DNA from: Geosiphon pyriformis uo1
Lineage: Eukaryota > Fungi > Glomeromycota
Direction: 5' to 3'
DNA length: 64,000 bases
Assembly (NCBI GenBank): GCA_016748015.1
Contig: JAAOMT010000570.1
Coordinates: 190,043-254,042, forward strand
Shown here: one piece after another, positions 36,597-51,079 of the stretch
Layout of the letters: each line of letters starts with the position of its first letter
How positions within the stretch are numbered: position 1 is the first letter of the stretch
Notes under the pieces: model-generated
Seen by the model: the letters and a program-made list of their open reading frames with translations, nothing else
Told to the model about the DNA's origin: nothing
Databases searched by the model: none
Program-made: the position numbers and the translations under genes

Positions 36597-39500
36597 ATTT
36601 ATTTATTTATTTAACAAATAAGATCTAAATATTATTTAATACAATATATTAAAATAAGTAATTTAAACTAGACATAAATTATGTATTTACTATTTATAAT
36701 CAGCCACTTAAACCAATTAAGACAACATTAAATTTCTATATAAATACTAATACTATTGTTAATACCAAAAATAAAATAACAGAAAATACATATACCAAAA
36801 CTTATATTTAAAACTTTAGTAATATTAAGTAATTTAATTATATCTTTTAACAACATATTTAGGAGATTATTAATAGAAAAAAACAAATTATCTATCAAAA
36901 TCAGATTTTTTTTTCTATAACTATATAATGTTTAAATTGGATAAACCAAATTTTATTTTTGTAAGCCAAAGCCAAACTATACACAAAATCTGTAATTTTA
37001 TTAGCTGTAATCTTAAAATCTTTAAATACAGAAAAAAACTTCAAAAATCAAGTTCTAAAAACAAAACTTTTGTACAAAACAATATATACTACAGTATTTG
37101 ATAAACATAATAACAACAATTAAAACACATAAAAAAAAGTTTTATACAGACCAAAAAAAAATTTTTATACAATAGTCTAAAAAATCAACAAAATATTACA
37201 AATAACAGAATTTAATAAACATAAAAATGAATAATCTAAAAACTTAATATTATTATAAAAAAAGCTCAAAATACTATAATAGTATTTATTATACAAATAT
37301 TTGCAGACAGTCACAAACAACTAATAATAAAAAGCTTTTATAAAATATAAGTAAGCATTAATAGTAAATTAAATAATATATTTAACTGCTATATAAGAAG
37401 TTAGATATTATATCTGTAAAAAACTAATCTAAATCATGTTTTTAATTAAGCTTTAATCTAAAGCAAAGACAATACAATTACTTTTTTAATAAACATAACA
37501 AACTATTTAAAAAATTTTATAAATAAAATATTTTATATTATCAAATATACATATTATTAGTTTTTAAAAACTTTTTTCACACTATAATCAGAAGCATCAA
37601 ATTTGAAAACAATGTATTATTAATTAATACATTAATTTTATCATTACCAAAAATGCCAGAAAAATTTTTAACTTTAAACCAAAATACATATAAATTTTTT
37701 TTATTAATTAATTTTACAATATAATAATATTTTATTTAACAATAGTTATAAAAATTAAATAATATCAAAACCAGTTTCAAAAAACAAGCATCCAAAACTA
37801 TTTAACTGTCTAAAAAACTATAATTAAACAAAAAAAAAACATATTTTAAGATTAATACAATAGTTTATAACTCAATTAGAGTAGATAATATCAGATCAAA
37901 AACTTTAACATTAATATTAAAATCTATTCTGTTAAAAAATACAGTAGTATTAGCTCTTATGTTTATTAAACTCAAATTTTTTAAAGAATTATTAGTGTAG
38001 ACAAAAATACAGAAAAAACTAGTTTTTACAACTTATTATACACTTAACAAAATTTTTTAAAACACAAAATATTTAAAAGCTAGATATTTTTTACAGAAGA
38101 AAAGATATACATATATCTATTAAGATATTCTATTATTTTTATTATGTAATTATTTGATAAATACAATTTCAAAATGCTTAATTAAATAACAAATCTTAAA
38201 AAAAATAGAATTACCAAGAACTACAAACATTAAGATATTCTTAAAGAATTGAAATATCAAAAATAGTTACTTAAAAACAAATTATAACCACAAAAAATTC
38301 TGACTACATTAGCTAAAAAATTGTTAACCAAACTAACACAAAAACAGACTAGAAAAAACAAAAAATGACAAGAAAACCAACTTAATATCTAAAAATCCAA
38401 AGATTTATGACCAAAAAACTGGTTTATAATATTATCAATATTTAAAAAAAGTTATATAAAAAGAAGTAGTAAACCATATTATTGGAAAAGTCTAATAACA
38501 AACCAGTTTTTAATTTTAAATTCTTTCAAACCAAAGTATTCTATTTATTATGCATATTAATTAAAACAAAATTGAACTAGATCTGATAAATAATAATAAG
38601 ATGCAAAACTACTAAAACCAAATAAAGAAACTGGTTATTAGTAATATCTTTTTTTAAAACTTTATTTGTAAAAAACCTAATATTTAAATAAGTTTTGACT
38701 AAACTGAATCTTAACAAACTATCTATAAACACAAAGATATTCAAGTACTTATAAGTTTTTTTTCTTGGCAATTAAACTAAACAAATTACTAATTGTTAAA
38801 AAAGGATATTACTTCTATAATCAATAAAGATAATTACTGTTTTATTATTATTAATTGAAATATTATTAATCTATAATATTTAAAATGTTGTTACCAGTAG
38901 AATTTTAGTTATTAATTAGCATGAAATTACCCTCATAATTTTTATTATTAATTAGCATATATTATTATCATTTCGATTATCACTTATTATTTAATCAAAT
39001 TATTAAATATCATTACTCAATCAATAATCCGATTTGTATCATAGAAATTAAGATGATCAAATTACACAATACCCTGAACCATTTAATATAGTCAAAATTC
39101 GCCGAAATTAATGAAAATTGGCCGAAATAATCAATAGTTCAGTGAAATAACTTGTAGTTTGCCGAAATGTATCTTAAGTTCACCAAAATTGTAGCAAAGA
39201 GAAAAGTGCAAGTTCAAAAACTAGTACTACAACAAGTTGTATAAAAAAAGAGCTTCTCTCTTCAAGAAAATGTATCTTCTCATATCTTCTCATAGTATCT
39301 TATCATAATACTTTACTTTAGATATCTTAATTAGAACAAATTACCTTTTACACATCTCAAATAAAAATTAAATATTCAAAAACAAAATCTTTTGATTATT
39401 ATACTTGAAATCCCCTCAACACAATTAACATTTTGAAATTGATTAGCTACCAATTTCAGTAATTTGTTAGTGACTCCAGGCCTGGATAGAAAACGTTTCT

Positions 39501-42500
39501 CTTGACAAATCCTATTTTTTTTACATTTCTTTTATTTTTCCTTTCTTTTTTTATCATAATCATTAGGGTAGCCTACAGACAAAATTCCTGTAGAAGAGTT
39601 GACTTTCACAGCAAAGTAACTACACATTTTTAATGAGCTTCCAGACGAGCAATTTCTGGGAAAGAGTTGACATTTACTACAACGTAACTACACAAAGTAA
39701 CTGGCATGGAATTGGCCATTTCACTTAGAAGCCCAGTAGTTCAAATTATAGGAGATAATTTGAAGATAGATTCAGTTATTGGAGGTTCAACTGCTTTCAG
39801 AAAACGTGAAATTAGCAACAGACAGACATTAACAACATTCAAGAAAAAGAGACCAAAAACCTCTGGTAACAATGTATTAAATTGCAATTTAACTGTTTTT
39901 TATTTAAATCATATTATAACAAAGACATTAATAACAAAAAATAATCTTATATTTATCTGGACTTTAACTTAATCAGTTTAATAATAAATTTAAAATCAAT
40001 TTTATAACTACAAATATTTTTTTATTTCTTAACTTCATACAAAAAAAGATTATAAAAGAATAGTTATTTGTTAAGCCAAAATTATTCATAATTTAATTAA
40101 CATAATTATTGTAAATATTGTCAAAAAACTTAACAAATCTATTACATATTTTGATTTTTTTTAAACTATTTTTTAAATGTTTTCAATTCACAGAATTATA
40201 TGCCTTGTATATATTCTATAAAACTAACCAAAGTTTACAATTTTTTTTTCAAAACATCTTCTATTACTAATTTGATTATAAATATAAAAAACTGTATTAT
40301 TATACTTTTTAATACTAAGAAATTATTACTATGAAAATTATTAAATTTATTGTATACCAAAAAATTTTGTTAAATAAAATCTTAAAAAGAACTTTTTTAG
40401 CTGTTTTAATTAGAGCAATAAGTTGTATGTTTATTAGAATATTTTTTTATTTATATAATTTAGAAATTATTAAAACCCAGATTTTTTTAAGATTAAAAGA
40501 CAGATTTATGTATTAAATTAAAGTTTATAAAATCTAAAAGCATATCTATTATTATATTATTACAATGTTTTTATAATTTATTTAAAATACCAAAAAAACC
40601 AGCTGTTTTTTTATTAGACAAATCTATTATTATATTCAACAATTTACTAAAACTAATAAAATACATAACATCAAAGAAAATATCATTAATAATATAAACT
40701 AATAAAAAATACTGTTAATACTATATTTTAGACATTTCTTTCAACACTTTATATTTTTTGTTTAATTTTTTATGATCATATTTATCTTAAATTTAATCAA
40801 TTCAAATTCTAATACTAATTCTTTATTAATTACTAAATAATCTAATACTATTTTGTAAAAAAATGTTTTAAAGCTTTTTAAATTGTATGATCTTTGTTTA
40901 TCTCAAAACTTTTTATTTTTTTGTTAATAGCAGACTTAATAAGCATTTTTTTAACACACCAAAATTTTATCATCTTTAAAACCCAATAAAACTTCTTAAC
41001 TTTTAACAAAACAGATTAAATAACATTAAAATAAACACTTAAATTAATAAATATTACTGTTTTAAAAGCATTGTTAATATTGAAAAAAAACCAAGATTTC
41101 AAAAATAAATTAAACATATTAATTAAAACTAAACAAAAAGTCTTAATCAACTTAAAGACCAAAGTTTTCAATTTATAAAATCAAAATCAAAATTTTGTAA
41201 AAATACTGTTATAGTCTTTAAATTACAACTTGAAAAAAAATTTATTTACTAAAAAACAGACCATTTTACAAATAATATTTTATACTTTATTTATATTTAA
41301 AAACTTTTTTATAATAATAAACTTATTAGTATATATAATAGCAGTATTAAGTATTAAAATTTTGATCAAATTTTATTTTATTCATTAATATTTTTAATAT
41401 TAAATTTTTATTGATTCTTATTAACTTATATGCAAAAATTTTTTAAAACTATATTCAAAAAACTACCAAGATTAATAATTACATAAATAATATTATAATT
41501 AGTATTAAAAAATTTATTTACATATATGACTCTTTTATTAATCAACACATTTATCAAGTTAGATAAAATAAAAATAAAATTAAAATTAATAGTCTTATTA
41601 ACATTTTTAAAGTTTTTTTATATAGAAAACTTAATAAAAAAACTATTAATAAAAAAATTAACCAAATTTAAATTTATATATTTTTTAAAACTAACATTGT
41701 ACTTAATACTATTTTTATTAAAATTATTTCTTCAAATAATAAAAATACTCTTATTAAATACACTAACTATAAAAAAATTAATAATAGCAACTTAGTCTAA
41801 ATTTTTTTTTAAAGATATATTAGCATATAATTTTATTACAAAAACTGACTATTTGTTTTTAAACAATAAATAAATTATTAAAGACTTACTAAAAATTTCA
41901 GAAAATTTTGAAACATGTTTAATTAAATGTTTATTTATAATTAAAATAATATCAACATTCAAATAATTTAAATTCAAACCAAAAGTAAATATTTTTACAT
42001 CTGAAAATTTATTTGCAATTTATGATTTAACACTAGAACAGAGTTTAGTTTTAGTAATAATTAAAATATAATTTTCTGATTTTTTATACTACTTAATAAT
42101 ATTATTTTGCTTGATAGAGACATTTATTTTTTTAATATTATATATAACTATTTTTTAAGTTAAGTTATTTATTATACTACTGTTTAAACAAAAAAATTCC
42201 AGTTTATTCAAGATTGTTTTAATTAAATCTTTCAAAACTATTATATTGGCTTTTAAACTGCTTATTTTAGTGATCAGAATTTTGAATTTACTAAAAAAAA
42301 CATTTTTTGATATAGTAGTATTAATTAGTAATATATAAAAAACTTATAACAGTATAATAATAACCAGAATTAAATTTGGCTCAGCAAATTATGTGAATAG
42401 TACTTTAATATTCAAAGATAATATTGATAAATAAAACATATTTAATTTTAAAAAAATTTTAATTATATAATCTAAAAAAAACTTTAAAGAGTATTTTAAG

Positions 42501-44945
42501 ACACTTAATTTAAAAAATAAAGTCAAAATTATCAAAACATTATTAAAAGCATTAAATAAAAAATTTGTTAAACAAATACTAATTAATAACATAAATAAAT
42601 AACTATTTAAAATATTACTATTACAAAAGCCCAAATAGCATCATTAAAAAACACTAAACAAAACACTAAAACTTGTTTTTTTGTATAAATTAAGACAAAA
42701 TACTTTCTGTTAAAATTAAAAAATTTTTTCTTTAAATTTTAATTAAGAGACTTTAAACTTAACTTATAGATATTAAAAATATGACTGTTTTTTTATACTT
42801 AGTTCAAATTAGACTAAAAAATTCAGTTCAAGTTAAATCTACATTTTTAAAGTATTATAGATAATTATTTTAATGTTAAAATAAATAACAAACCTGTAAT
42901 TTAATACTTAATAAATATTAATAATAATAAATTTTGAAGATTTTTATGATCTGAAAATTTTTGGTTGAGTTTTTTGTGTAATAAACAGAGATTTAATTAA
43001 TGTTGTCTTTTATGAATTTTTTTTTAGTATAATGGTTGGTTTAATCTGATAATTATATTCTTTTAATAAACTATTCTTTTAATTTTTATCTTTGTTTTAC
43101 AAATTTTTTATCAAACTATCTTGAATATTAAAAGCTTAATATTCAATCTTTTTTTTTAATTAGTAAACACAACAAAAAAATAAAAAAAATTAAGAAATTA
43201 ATATTTTATCAATAGTTATAATCAAAAATTATTGATTTAATATAATTAAGTATTGATTATTATTAATATAAGTTGCTAATATAACAAATAATATTAAATA
43301 ATTCAATCAAGTAATAATAATAAATAATTTTATTGATAAATAAATAATTTTACTTTAAATAATAGCAAACTAACTTTTGAAATAAAAAAAAAACTAAGTT
43401 TTAAATTTTTGTCTCTAATTTTGGTTTGTCTTTTTTATTTTTATTTTTACTGCTATATATACATAATTTTTATTATATAAAATTTCTTAAAATTCTTAAA
43501 TTTTTTATAGAGATTTCTAAAATCTTAAAATTCTGTGATTTCTATTAAAAATATTATTGAAATTTTAAAATTTTGTGATTTTTACTAAGAATATTACTGA
43601 AATTTTAGTTAAAAAAAATTTTGGGATTTTTTTTTACTATGTTTATTTCTAATTGGCTATTTGTTTAACTTATTATTTTTTATTATTATATAAATAATAA
43701 TAATATTTTTAATTATAGTAAAGTCAAAATATACAACAGCATAATATGTTTATGTATATAAAACAGAATTACAAACAATAATACATATTTTTTTATTATA
43801 GAACAAAACCAAATCAAAAATATTGTAAATAGTTATGTTTATTAATAATATATATAAAAAAGTATAATAGCAGTTTTTGTTGTTTTATAACTGTTTATTA
43901 ATATTAATTTTTACTATATGTACTAAGACTTTGCTTAAAAAAATTAATTATTTAAAAGACATTAGATCAGCAATTTTAAAATATTTGAATTCAACAAGTA
44001 TTTTTTGCCAAAAACCAATCAGCTATATTTTAATAGAAATAATTTTGCCAAATTTAAATAATATTGTTTTAAGTATTAATTTAAAAAGATATATTGGAAT
44101 TTTCTTGACTATAATTTTCCATTTAATTTAGTGTTAATTTTTTTTATATCAATATTAACCAAAAATTTTTTATTTATAACTAATTATTTAGTAGTTTCTA
44201 AACTAGTTTTAAATATAAATAATATCTTAATAATATTTTGAAATTTTAAGAAAATTAATGTTTTTTCAAAATTATTAATTTGATAAAAGAATTTTTTAAC
44301 AAATTTTTTTTTGTTTAAAAACTTGCCAAAAATCACAACAAAACCAACATTCAATATAAATAACTTAACTGGCTTAAAACTTCTATTTTTTTTAATATTT
44401 GTAGTTATATGCATATTTATATTAATAAGTATAGATAATAATAAATTGGAAAGTTTATTATTATTTAATATATTAAAAAACAGTTTTTTAGAAGATACAA
44501 TTAAATTGTAAGTTTTGGTATAAGTATCTTTTAATATAATCTTATCTATAGGTTTGTTATTATTATTTGAGTTATTTGGATTAATATAGCTTGTTTTTTT
44601 TACTATTATGTTCTTTAAATTCTTTAGATCAAATGTTTTACTAATGTTTTTTTTGCTTTCAATTTTACTGCTTTAAAAATATTATTCAATTATATTACTT
44701 CTCTTTAATATGTTTATAACTAAAAGTTTAATTAAGGAGTTTAAAATACCAGATTTAGCAGTAATTTTTTTGGAATATTTAATAGAACTTTTTAAATTAT
44801 ACACATAAGTATTATGGTTTTTTTTTAATTAGAATAGTTCTTTATATTATTTTTGTCAGTATTCATAACTTTAACTAAACTATTAACTAATTTTATGACC
44901 AAAAATAGATTTAAATTAGAGAAAATAATTAAAGAAGAGAAACAA
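36597..44945 (-). mobile_element. Heavily decayed near-full-length LINE (ORF1, ORF2 with RNase H), carrying a solo LTR insertion
   Basis: 3'UTR at 36612-36735 matches the reverse complement of 24790-24912; (TAAA)n tail; RNase H ghosts VYTNNSLKNL, FLDS*IVLDAC, KVKNFSGIFGNDKINVL at ~37620-38000; ORF1 ghost at 44184-44414 resembles ORF1 at 59740-59930. 5' boundary approximate. Confidence 0.75.
38889..39871 (+). mobile_element. Solo LTR of family B (diverged subfamily)
   Basis: TGTTACC...GGTAACA, 983 bp, similar to the reverse complement of 23540-24518; exact TSD ATGT at 38885-38888 and 39872-39875. Confidence 0.93.
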
Positions 44946-46602
44946 ATAAAATAAATAAATAAAAAAACAGTTTTTTTCTAAATTTTAGTGGTTTTACTAT
45001 GGACAAAAAATTAATAAAAAAAAGTTTATTTAAATTATTATTAATATTTATTTATTTTAACATTTTAATATTAAAATTTTTTATATTAAAATAAATTTTT
45101 TTCTATTTTTTTATTAACTTATTATATAATTTATATTATTATTAATTTTTTAAAATTAATGTTTTATTATTTTTGTTTTTTATTTATTTAATAAATACAG
45201 TTTAATTATTATCTATTATAATATAATTAATATTTTTTAAACTTTAAAAACATTTATTTTATTATTTATTTTATTGTAATAAGTGTTTATAATTTCTTAA
45301 AATATTAATTTAACACAAAAACATAGATAATTTTAAATAGTATTTTTTATTAATAAATAAATTTTTCAAAGTTTTTAATTAAAGTTTTATTATAAATTTT
45401 ATATTAAATATCATAATATTTATAAATTTATATCTTTTAAATTTATTTGTTTTATTAAGTAATTTTATATAATATATATTTGTATTTATTTAAGAGTTTA
45501 ATAAATTTTTAAAAAATAAAAAAACCAATTAAAATTTCTTGTTAAATAACTTTTATATTTATTTAATAACTTAATATATAAAAATAATAATTAAAGATTA
45601 AATTAAAATAATAATTTGTAATTTGTTAAAAAGTAAATTTATTTTTAATAAATTTAATAAAATTAAACATTTAAATATGTTATATTTTTATAAATTTTAT
45701 TATATAATAAATATTTATTTAATGTAATATAATATAGTATTAATTAGATTAAGTAACAAATTATATAAAAAAGAATATAATTTATGTTTATTTTAATAAG
45801 TTGTAAAAAAAATTATGTTTTTATAAACAAAAAAACAATAATTTGTTTATTTAAATATTTTTAATATTTTAAAATTGTAAATTAATTATAATAATTATGA
45901 TAATTGTACTTATAAATAAAAATAAATAAAAAATGTAAAAAATAAATATTATATTGATTTAATTAATTATATTTATATAATTTAAAATTATAATATGTAA
46001 TAATTAAAAATAAAATGATAAATATATTATTTAAATTATAATTAATTGTTTTTATATAATTAAAACATTATGTTTAATTACAATTTTTTTTTTAGTTTAT
46101 AAATTATTCAGAAATTATAAAATAAATTATTGTTTTTAAAAACTACTTTTAATTTTTAAAATATTAAAAATTTTGCTAATAACAAAAATGTCTAATTATA
46201 TTATTCAAAACTACAAATTTGTAAAATAAAAAAACCACTTATGGCTTGTTTGTTCCAATAGAATCTTAAGTCTTAATCATTTGAAATCTGCATTTTTATT
46301 AATGGGTATTATTAAGGAAAACATTAATTTACCACATCAATTTCTACACTGATCGTCAGTGTGATACGAAAGACAGGATCAGACCAAAATTTCAAGGATA
46401 TTTTGAGATAACTTCCTCTTCGCTTTGAATGGTTTTGTATTTTGACATGAAATAGATGTCAAACACAGAGCTCGAGAAGCTTAATATCAAAAATGTGCCA
46501 TGAGCGAATTATGCTACAACCAACCCAAATTGTAGGTAGGAGTTTTATTCGTTTTATAAACTTTGATTAAATATAACTGCATATAAATTTCTTGATAAAT
46601 AC

Positions 46603-48089
46603 CTATTCAACTTTCCGCCGCTTAAAAGGAATATGTTTATGTTCTTTGGCTGCGTTTTTCTTTCTTCTTTTTTCAATTAATTTTTCAAGAGCCTTGGGAT
46701 CAGTTTTTTTGAATTTCTCAATAAGTTCCAATCTTTTCTCGGTAGCTAAGGAGGAGAGTAAAGTGAAAAATTTATTAGCGATTCAAATGATTCAGTAAGT
46801 TTACCATTTTCGTTATATCTTACATTTCTTCAAATAAAAAGGTTTTTTCCCTTTAGTGACGCGTTCTAACTCAGCTTTCTTTCTTTCATGCTTAAGTTCC
46901 TTTCTTTGTTTTGATAATTGTTCCGATTTAGTCTTAAATTCCTGGAATAATATAATTTCTAATTTAGTGAAAATCTTCTTTTATTTAGTCCAAATCAAAT
47001 GAAAACAGTCACTCACTAGCTTGGAAAGAAGTTTTTGTAATCTTTCTTTTTCGTTAAGATCTTTTTCGTTTTTGATTTCTTTTTGAATAGCCTTGATTTC
47101 GCTGGTTTTGTAATCATTAAGGAAATGATAAGATTTTTCAAACAAATCTTGATTAAGTTTTCCTGATATATTATCAAACCGAGGATCACGTCTTTTCTAT
47201 GAAAGAATTGAAGAATATATTATTTAATAGCTGTAAGCTGGTGGATTCTCTATTTAAAAATTCTCGCTGTAGAAGACTATGAATACCTCAGCAGAAAGCT
47301 CCACAATTTGGCGAAATCTACCAACTGGCTTTTTTGATGTAATTTCCATTGGCCTAACAAATACAAGATTATCTGCTACTACAGAATTATATATCAACTG
47401 GAAAGTAAGCTCTTGATGAAACCTACCGATTCTTGTGGGCTCTTTTTTGAGGGCCATGATTATTTTTTCGCAATCTATTTTCAAGCGTCTTCTCATGTTC
47501 TTTATTGTTTGCTATTTGATTATCAGTCCCATATTTGCGTTGTACTTCTAACAATTTTTCAAAAGGAATCTCGGCCAAATCTAAAATTGCAGCGAATCGT
47601 TAATATCAAATGAGCGAGTTCTCGACTGTAAAATAGCATTTATATTAATAATTGTATATTTTAGACAAGTGAAAAAGACTTACCCCGTTGTAGAGAAGTC
47701 TAACCCAAGGTATTTCAAAAAGTTTATTGAGAATTTGTTTTTGGAAAGATTATTTAGAAACTTTTGTATTCACCATGTAATCATCAGAATGTTCATATTC
47801 GCTTGAATCTTTATCAGAATATTCCTCTGATTCACTAGAAATCTATTTAATTGAAAGATTTTACCAAATCAGTTTGAACAAGCATATAATACATCTAGAG
47901 AAAGTTTTTTTATTAAATTGCAACCTTTGTATTATTTTGAGGTTCAAAAAAGTCCTCGGAAGGATCTTGGGATGATTCGAGATCAAGAGCTTCTGGTTCC
48001 AAGTAAACATGTCCGTTACTTTTAATGGGTTTTTTTGAAGTTTCTTTAGAATTTTGATGCTTTTTCATTTTGGTGAAAGATTTGGGCAT
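46603..48089 (-). CDS. RRP36: rRNA biogenesis protein RRP36 (DUF947), multi-exon
   Basis: Spliced motifs DLAEIPFEKLLEVQ, PMEITSKKPVGRFRQIV, RRDPRFDNISGKLNQDLFEKSYHFLNDY, KGKKPFYLKK, LIEKRRKKNAAKEHKHIP; stop TAG at 46603-46605. Confidence 0.9.
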
Positions 48090-48479
48090 ATGAGTCGTCG
48101 AACACAGATTATTTGGCAAGTGTAACATGATATGCAAAGTTAATTTGGTGACGTATGGACAAGATTAACTCGTATCTTTTAATTTGTTGGTAAAAAAGTT
48201 AAACCGACTCTGATTTCAACTTGCATTTATGGGGTTCCTTCTCTTTCGTATTTTCCGCGCATCAGAAATTTTACACAAGGGACAAGCAGGCTGGACTTGT
48301 AAAATTCTATCCCTCTTATTAGCCATTTTATAAAAAGCGTAAAGACTTTTGTATATATGATCCTTGTTCCCTTGCAAACATCCTTTTCCATTCTCCATAT
48401 ACTTTCCCTTGGTTTTTGCTTCAGGTTGCAAGATTCTGGGATCTTAAAAATTTTCGTTTCATCTATTCTCGGGGTCTAA

Positions 48480-51079
48480 ATGTCGGCAACAAGGCAAAAA
48501 CCCCATCGACGTACTCTGAGTATAAGTCAAGCAAACAATAGTTCTTCAGAAAATCTTGCCGCACAAAATCCACGTGTAGAAAATTTACGTACACAACAAT
48601 ATCTCCCTCTTATCGATACTAAAACTCCAAATATCAATAATACTGGTCCCATTATGTCAAATACTAATGTGACCTCTTCTATAAGCAACACTGGCAATAA
48701 TTTCCTGTCTGTGATTCCGGAAAAAATTTCTACTTCAACGCCTCCATCAACCCCATCGAAACAAAAAACATATCGACCATTTACCCGAAGACCTCAAAAA
48801 CCGTCCGACATGATGCACTCTGGTCCAAAATTAGCATTACATAATTTGAGGAACGTTTTATTCACTATTGTTTTCTTTGGAGCTCTCGTAATATTTTTGG
48901 CTAGCTTGAGTGGAATTGGTCCTGTAGATGAAGAGACCCATAATTTGTCTTCGCAACAACACGAACAAGTTCCTTCTGATCATAGTAAAAAGACTCTTCT
49001 CCAGGATGAAAAATTAATACAAGATGGAAAAGAAAAATTTTCAGATTTCATTAGATTAGATTCATCTGAAGAAAACCCCAGAAAATTCGATCATATTGAA
49101 TCATTACCTGCTGAAAATCAACAAGATTATCATTATAATCCTGAATCCCATGAAGATTATGAAACTGAGGAAGAAGAGGAAGATGAAGATGAAGAAGATG
49201 AGGATAATCCTGAAGGAGAACATGAAGATGAACGACAACATCCCGTGGAAGATTACCTTGAGAATCATTTCGATTCTAACAAGGCAACTAATTTAATTTC
49301 TGAACATCCTCAACCAACTCTCAACCCTAGTCTTGTTGATCATGAAAATAGTAATTTTGAACATACTGATGAGCTCCTTGTAAATAATGGTGATTCCTTT
49401 CTTGAACCTTCAATAAATGAATTAAAAGATGAAAACCAAAAAGACAATGAATTTCTCTCAAGATTCAATTCATCTTTTCAGAATGTGCAAAATGATTTTT
49501 CAAATATTTTGAAAAAGAAACCAATACAAGAAGATATTTTAAAAGATCAACAACCTTTTGTTTCTCCTTCAAAACCCCTTGATGATGTTGTTGACTCCAA
49601 TTATACATATCTTGCTCAAGATCCACATTTTACTTATACAAACCTTTTTAAATCCCTTTCTGAGGAAGATCGTAGAAAAATCAAGGATATTAAAATGTTA
49701 AAAATGACGCAAGATCCAAGTTTAGATCATTCTTGTGGAAACTGGCAGGAACAATATATTAAATTACACAAAGACATTTTAAAAGGGGATGCTCCGCAAC
49801 GATATGTTAGTTACGTTTGCGACGCCTCGATTCACTGTGGTGGTTTGGCTGATCGGTAAGTTAAAGGAACCTCAAAAAAATTGATTCCTAATTTTTTTTT
49901 TACTTATCTTCAAATATTATCAACAACAAAATGCTAATTATTTTAAGTGAACCTTGCTTTACGAAAGCATTCTTGGAATGACATCTACTTTTATGTTTGC
50001 ACTTCTTACAAATCGTGCCTTTCTCGCAGAATGGCAAGTTCCTCTTCCTCTTGACACTATTTTCGATTCACCAAATATCGATTGGAATTATAATTCAACC
50101 GACCCTCGTTCTTTAATCAAGGATTTGGAGAGAAAAGAGCTTGATGTTGTAAATTTTTCTGGAAAACTTTTAGATCAATTATTTTTGCATTCGAATTGGA
50201 CTTTGAAATATCCAGAACATTTTATCAATTTCCGTACCAATCGTGGGATGGTAATCAGAACATTTAATTCAAAGATTTATGCCCCACAATTGAATGAAAT
50301 GGGAATGAGGCCCTATACAGCACTGGGATGTATTATCGACTACTTATTTAAACCGACTCCAGCGGCATTCTATTTTATAAGTGAATACACAGCCCTCTTA
50401 TCTCTTCCAACCATTTTTTCTGTTGGAATCCAAATAAGAACCGGAAAAAAATCAGGCATGTTAGAAACTAATAATCAGCAGCCGCAGCCAAAGTTGGAGC
50501 ATTATAAGGATTATTTCCAATGCGCAGATCAATTAAGCAAAACATACGCTGCAACCAATCAGAAAGTTGTATATTTTTTAATCACCGATTCAGAAAAGCT
50601 TCAACAAGAAGCGGTTGAAAGATTGGACAATGTATTTATATCTGGGTTCCCAATTGACTCTAGTCGTCGTCGAAAAGGCCATGCTGATGGAATTCATAAT
50701 GCAATAATCGAAAATTGGATTCTGAGCGAGACAACTTATCGAGTGAGTGACTAATGTTATAATTTTTCTCCATCCTTTCAAATTTCACAATTAAAATCAT
50801 GTCATCCCATTTCAGATTATATCACCAGGGGGTTACGGTAAATTAGCGGCTTTTCACTCGAAAAAGCTTCATTCCACGGTCGCAATGTATCCTCCGGGAA
50901 GTAATGATGCCTATGATCTTTATGACCGACAAGTTCCGGACTGTACCAGAGAAGTATGATAAATCTTTGAAACATTCTTTTATTCTAATTGTGACATTCG
51001 AATCTAATATTACTATGTATGTTTTTAGGAAGCATTTGTGACATTTAGAAAATTGGCAAGTGAATGGTCATTAGGTTAA
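48480..51079 (+). CDS. Type II membrane fucosyltransferase-like glycosyltransferase (alpha-1,2/1,6/O-FucT superfamily); exons 48480-49855, 49968-50742, 50816-50953, 51029-51079
   Basis: One TM segment (VLFTIVFFGALVIFLASL), long acidic stem, CGGLADRILGMTSTFMFALLTNRAF, motif I SVGIQIRTG, motif II YFLITDS, motif III ENWILSET..IISPGGYGKLAA. Confidence 0.82.

Noticed and set aside
39706-39972. 88-aa ORF starting inside the solo LTR as a Gag leader
   Set aside because: Frame is not kept relative to Gag in the element B LTRs; cannot be supported from these copies.
34048-44511. Ile/Leu/Lys/Phe-rich ORFs in the AT-rich tracts
   Set aside because: Artefacts of extreme AT content or ghosts of the decayed LINE, not genes.
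46346-46463. Two small hairpins (ACACTGA-TCG-TCAGTGT, TTTGACAT-N7-ATGTCAAA) downstream of RRP36
   Set aside because: No convincing snoRNA boxes or Helitron CTRR end; stems of 7-8 bp can occur by chance.
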